The translations under genes were made by a program, and so were the position numbers. 64,000 nucleotides of DNA from an uncultured Actinomycetes bacterium (GTDB lineage: Bacteria; Actinomycetota; Thermoleophilia; Solirubrobacterales; 70-9), in assembly GCA_963843315.1 (NCBI GenBank), contig CAWJJU010000002.1, positions 166,872 through 230,871 of the forward strand, written 5' to 3'. The notes beneath the pieces are model-generated. The model was not told the origin of the DNA. It saw only the letters and a list, made by a program, of their open reading frames with translations, and did not search any database. Position 1 is the stretch's first letter; the number at the start of each line of letters is the position of its first letter. Below, piece by piece: positions 60,506 through 64,000 of the stretch.

Positions 60506-61705
60506 ATGAGCACGGACAACGGACTTAACGGAAGCGCGGCCACCGGGGCCGCCGCCGGCAACGGGCGCCGCGTCGACGACGGCAAGGTCCGCGTCGCGAT
60601 CGTCGGCGTCGGCAACTGCGCCAACAGCTTCATCCAGGGCGTCACCTACTACAAGGACGCCGATCCTGCCGAGCAGGTCCCGGGCCTCATGCACGTCGAT
60701 CTCGGCGGCTACCACGTCCGCGACATCGAGTTCGTCGCCGCCTTCGACATCGATGCCGAGAAGGTCGGCAAGGACCTCTCCGAGGCGATCTGGTCGGGCC
60801 AGAACGACACGATCAAGTTCGCCGACGTCGATCACATGGGCGTCGAGGTGCACCGCGGGATGACCCACGACGGGCTCGGCAAGTATCTCAAGCAGAAGAT
60901 CAAGAAGGCCCCGGGCGAGACCGCAGACATCGTCGGGATCCTCAAGGAGACGAAGGCCGACGTCCTCGTCTGTTACCTGCCGGTGGGCTCGGAGCAGGCC
61001 ACCAAGTGGTACGTCGAGCAGGCCCTGAAGGCCGGCGTCGGCTTCGTCAACTGCCTCCCCGTCTTCATCGCCCGCGAGGACTACTGGGACGAGCGCTTCC
61101 AGAAGGCCGGCCTGCCGATCATCGGCGACGACATCAAGTCGCAGGTGGGCGCCACGATCGTCCATCGCCAGCTGGCTCGCCTCTTCCACGAGCGCGGCGT
61201 GCAGCTCGAGCACACCTCGCAGCTGAACGTGGGCGGCAACATGGACTTCTTCAACATGCTCGAGCGCGAGCGCCTGGACTCGAAGAAGATCTCGAAGACC
61301 AACGCCGTCACCTCGGTCATGGGCACCGAGCTCCCCGAGCGCGACGTCCACGTCGGTCCCTCCGACTACGTGCCGTGGCTGACCGACCGCAAGTGGGCGC
61401 ACATCCGCCTCGAGGGCAAGGCCTTCGGCGACGTGCCGCTCACGGCTGAGCTGAAGCTCGAGGTCTGGGACTCGCCGAACTCGGCCGGGGTCGTCATCGA
61501 CGCCGTCCGGACGATCAAGCTCGCCCTGAACAACGGCATCGCGGGGCAGCTCGACGGGCCCTCGAGCTACCTGATGAAGTCACCGCACACGCAGCGGCCC
61601 GACGACGAGGCTCGCCTGCAGACCGAGCACTTCATCGCCGATCACGCGCGCAAGCCCGCCGGCGAGCGCGCGGAGGAGTTGGCGGAGAGTCCTGAGGGGC
61701 TTTAG
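60506..61705 (+). CDS. ino1: myo-Inositol-1-phosphate synthase
   Basis: Contains ..[58 protein letters not shown].., typical of bacterial/archaeal Ino1. Confidence 0.9.
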   Translation: MSTDNGLNGSAATGAAAGNGRRVDDGKVRVAIVGVGNCANSFIQGVTYYKDADPAEQVPGLMHVDLGGYHVRDIEFVAAFDIDAEKVGKDLSEAIWSGQNDTIKFADVDHMGVEVHRGMTHDGLGKYLKQKIKKAPGETADIVGILKETKADVLVCYLPVGSEQATKWYVEQALKAGVGFVNCLPVFIAREDYWDERFQKAGLPIIGDDIKSQVGATIVHRQLARLFHERGVQLEHTSQLNVGGNMDFFNMLERERLDSKKISKTNAVTSVMGTELPERDVHVGPSDYVPWLTDRKWAHIRLEGKAFGDVPLTAELKLEVWDSPNSAGVVIDAVRTIKLALNNGIAGQLDGPSSYLMKSPHTQRPDDEARLQTEHFIADHARKPAGERAEELAESPEGL

Positions 61706-61821
61706 CCCCGAAAGCAGCATTTGTTCGGATGAGGAGCTTTAGCTCCGAAACGAGCAGGTAAGGCGCGCAGCGCCGCATGTTCTGGACGGCGAAGCCGTCC
61801 GCATGTGCTTTCGGGGCTGAG
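61692..61821 (+). ncRNA. Candidate structured RNA / composite repeat downstream of ino1
   Basis: Module A is at 61692-61720, an A-like variant TGAGGAGCTTTAGCTCCGAAACGAGCAG at 61730-61757, the hairpin GGCGCgcaGCGCC at 61763-61775, and module B at 61784-61803. ATGTGCTTTCGGGGC (61803-61817) can pair back to GCCCCGAAAGCAGCAT (61705-61720). Confidence 0.4.
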
Positions 61822-61839
61822 ACCCGGTCTGGGACCAGC

Positions 61840-62436
61840 TCAGCAGGGGTTGCCGGTAAAGCTCGCCTGCGACTCCCCGGCGACGATGTCGCCGGCGGGC
61901 GTCGCCACGCGCAGCGCGCGGAACGTGCCGCTGTGCGCGTCGGAGACCGACTCGTTCAGGAAGACGACGTTGCCGACGTTGAGCGGGGTCTGCTGGCGTT
62001 CACCGGCGGCAGCTCCGAGCTGGCGTCGACGCCCGCGATCTGAGGCTGCGCCGACGACGACGGGCTTGCCGCCCTGGCAGCTGACATAGGCGTCGGAGCC
62101 AGCAGGCGAGGTTCGCCGGGCCCTCGACGCCGGTATCGGAGCCGGGCGACGTCGGCGGAGGCCTGTCCCGCCCGTCGGCGAGACGGTCGTCTGGCTGCGC
62201 AGGATGCCGCCGGTGTCGAACTGGCTCCACCGGGTCTGCTGGACGCCCGAGGCGGTGCGGCACGGAGTTCCGGCGGCGTTGGCCACGGACGGCTCGATCG
62301 AGCCGATCCGAAGCGCCGAGGCGCGGCACGAGACCGTCGAAGCGGCGCCGGCGCCGGCCGGCAAGATCGCGGCTGTCGCGGCCACTGCGGCGCACGCGAC
62401 CAGCCCTCTACTGAACGAATCCCTACCCATTCCCAT
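61840..62436 (-). CDS. Hypothetical secreted protein, probably carrying compensating frame breaks
   Basis: Signal peptide ..LVACAAVAATAAILPAGAGAAS. Arg-rich nonsense-looking stretches (GLRRRRPAPIPASRARR and DRGRRRQLGAAAGER) read more plausibly in other frames, for example PQIAGVDASSELPPVNAS. Confidence 0.35.
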   Translation of the reverse strand: MGMGRDSFSRGLVACAAVAATAAILPAGAGAASTVSCRASALRIGSIEPSVANAAGTPCRTASGVQQTRWSQFDTGGILRSQTTVSPTGGTGLRRRRPAPIPASRARRTSPAGSDAYVSCQGGKPVVVGAASDRGRRRQLGAAAGERQQTPLNVGNVVFLNESVSDAHSGTFRALRVATPAGDIVAGESQASFTGNPC

Positions 62437-62525
62437 GAGATTCCTTCCGTCTAGATGCGGGTTGCGGCCATCTTAGCCACCCAGCCAGCCCGGCGGCGCA
62501 GGGCGGGCCGCAACTATCCTGGGCC

Positions 62526-64000
62526 GTGCCTTCCGAGCGCCTGCGGATCGCCCACGTGTCGCCTCACACATGGGGGCCATACAACGAGGTGAACGAGTTC
62601 GTCGGCCACGCCGCTGCCGAGCTCGCCGACGCCACGACGTGGTCATCGCGGCGCCATCGGACTCACGGACCGCGATCCGCGCCTCGCGCGCCGCGATCAG
62701 GGAGATCCGCGGCGGTGGCCGGACCGGCGCCTTCTCGGGCTGGCGCGGTGAGCGCGCGGGCGGCGAACGGGCCGCCGGTGCTGGCCGTCGGGCAGGGGCT
62801 GCCGCTGCCGCGAGGGCCGCGGCCGCGCGCGGCGCCGGTGCCCCTGGACCTCAGCCGGACCCTCGAGGAGCTGCTCAGCGGCGTCGCCTTCGACGTCGTC
62901 CACGTGCACGACCCCTACGCGCCGAGCGCCTCGTCGATCGCCCTGCGCCATTCGCGCTCGCTGAACGTCGGCAGCTTTCACGAGCCAACCGAGCGCATCC
63001 TCTCGACGCAGGTTGCCCGTCCGCTGGTGGAGATCTTCTTCGGCCGCCTCGACTCCCGCACGGCCTCGAGCGCGGCCACGGGTGACGCTCCTCGACCGCT
63101 ACTTCCCCGGCGCCTACACGCTGGTGGAGCCGGGCGCCGGAGCGAAGGGCGTCTGGCCCGGGCTCGCGCGCGCGGCGACGGGCGGTCCGCGCGGATCGCG
63201 TTCTGCGCCGTCGAGGAGCGCGGGGCGATGCGCCTCTTTCTGCGTGCGCTGCGGCGGATCGACCCCGGCTCGACTGGGAAGCGGCGATCTGGCTGCAGCA
63301 GGCGGATCCGCCGCCAGCGCGCCTCGCGCGGTCGCTCCGCGACCGGGTGCACATCACCGGGCCGCGCGAGGCTTCAGCCGGCCGAGCTGATCGCGGGGGC
63401 CGACGTGCTGGTCCTGGCCTCCGGCGGGCCCGACCATCGCGCCCTCGCTGATCCGCGAGGCACTCGCTGCCGGGAGTGAACGGTGGTGGCGTCGCGCACG
63501 CCGGTCATACGCCGAGGCCCTCGGCGACGGCGAGCTTGGCGCGCTGTTCCCGGCAGGCGACGCAATCACGCTCGCGGGACAGCTCGAACGCGGGCAATCG
63601 CCGGCGAGCGCAGGACCGCGCGGCCGCGCGCCGGCGCGCGAACCTGGGAGGACGTCGCGAGCGAGCTCGACGAGATCTACCGGGCGGATCGCCGCCCGCC
63701 GCCACGACCCTGCCGGCGATCCGGCGGTGCGGCGGCGGATCTCGCGACGGCGCACGATCGACATCGATCTGCACATGCACACCGACCACTCGCCGGACTG
63801 CGCGACGCCGGTGGAGGTTCTGCTCGAGACCGCCAAGGAGCAGCGGGCTCGGGGCGATCGCGATCACCGACCACAACGAGGTCTCAGGCGCGCTCGCCGC
63901 GCGCGAGGTCGCGGAGCGGATCGGCGGCATCAAGGTGATCGTCGCGGAGGAGGTGAAGACGGCCGAGCAGGGCGAGGTGATCGGCCTGTTCATCGAGGAG
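62526..64000 (+). pseudogene. GT4 (PimA-like) glycosyltransferase fused or adjacent to a PHP-domain phosphoesterase; heavily frame-shifted and running off the window
   Basis: Recognisable pieces are spread over all three frames: LRIAHVSPHTW..AAELA / RRHDVVIAAPSDS / FDVVHVHDPYAPSAS..SFHEP / LLDRYFPGAYTLVEPGAG / RIAFCAVEERG..LFLRAL / AELIAGADVLVLAS / VVASRTPV / YAEALGDGELGALFPAGD / IDIDLHMHTDHSPDCATPVEVLLETAKEQ / GLGAIAITDHNEVSGA..KVIVAEEV..GEVIGLFIEE. Confidence 0.6.

Overview
This is a very GC-rich (about 70% by eye), densely coding chromosomal segment of actinobacterial type. The Actinobacteria assignment rests on a dnaK-grpE-dnaJ-hspR operon, an ino1/CDP-alcohol-phosphatidyltransferase cluster, a CsoR repressor and a Cheo-type LexA box. 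I cannot name the species, and every protein call comes from reading the supplied translations for motifs; no database search was possible.

Main content:
- PDH genes: E2 (partial), aceE and lpdA.
- A thiamine locus: a TPP riboswitch followed by thiO-thiS-thiG, with a divergent NTF2-ThiE fusion.
- ligD, and an HTH/HNH gene under a perfect SOS box next to tRNA-Lys(UUU).
- A roughly 17 kb same-strand purine gene string in the order purC, purS, purQ, purL, purF, purN, purH, plus a separate GYD-purD-purE-purB operon.
- clpB, the hspR heat-shock operon, nth, and an inositol-lipid cluster.

Most notable observations:
1. PAPS-type sulfotransferase and GT4 glycosyltransferase modules, plus a GT-C membrane glycosyltransferase, are spliced into and translationally coupled with the purine operon. 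They have paralogous copies elsewhere in the window and a nearby divergent sulfatase / heparinase II/III-like pair. Together these suggest an uncharacterised sulfated-glycan system.
2. Three families of small repeats are present: a paired 13-bp palindrome GGGGTC(A/T)GACCCC that also sits inside coding linkers and N-termini, a 48-nt hairpin found twice, and a modular hairpin repeat that supplies the stop codons of two genes.
3. Single +1 frame breaks occur in core genes (lpdA, purF, dnaK, probably purL), and the last 2.2 kb is indel-dense. Sequencing error is the most likely cause, and this needs read-level checking.

The many long antisense or out-of-frame ORFs in the track are typical high-GC artefacts and were not called.
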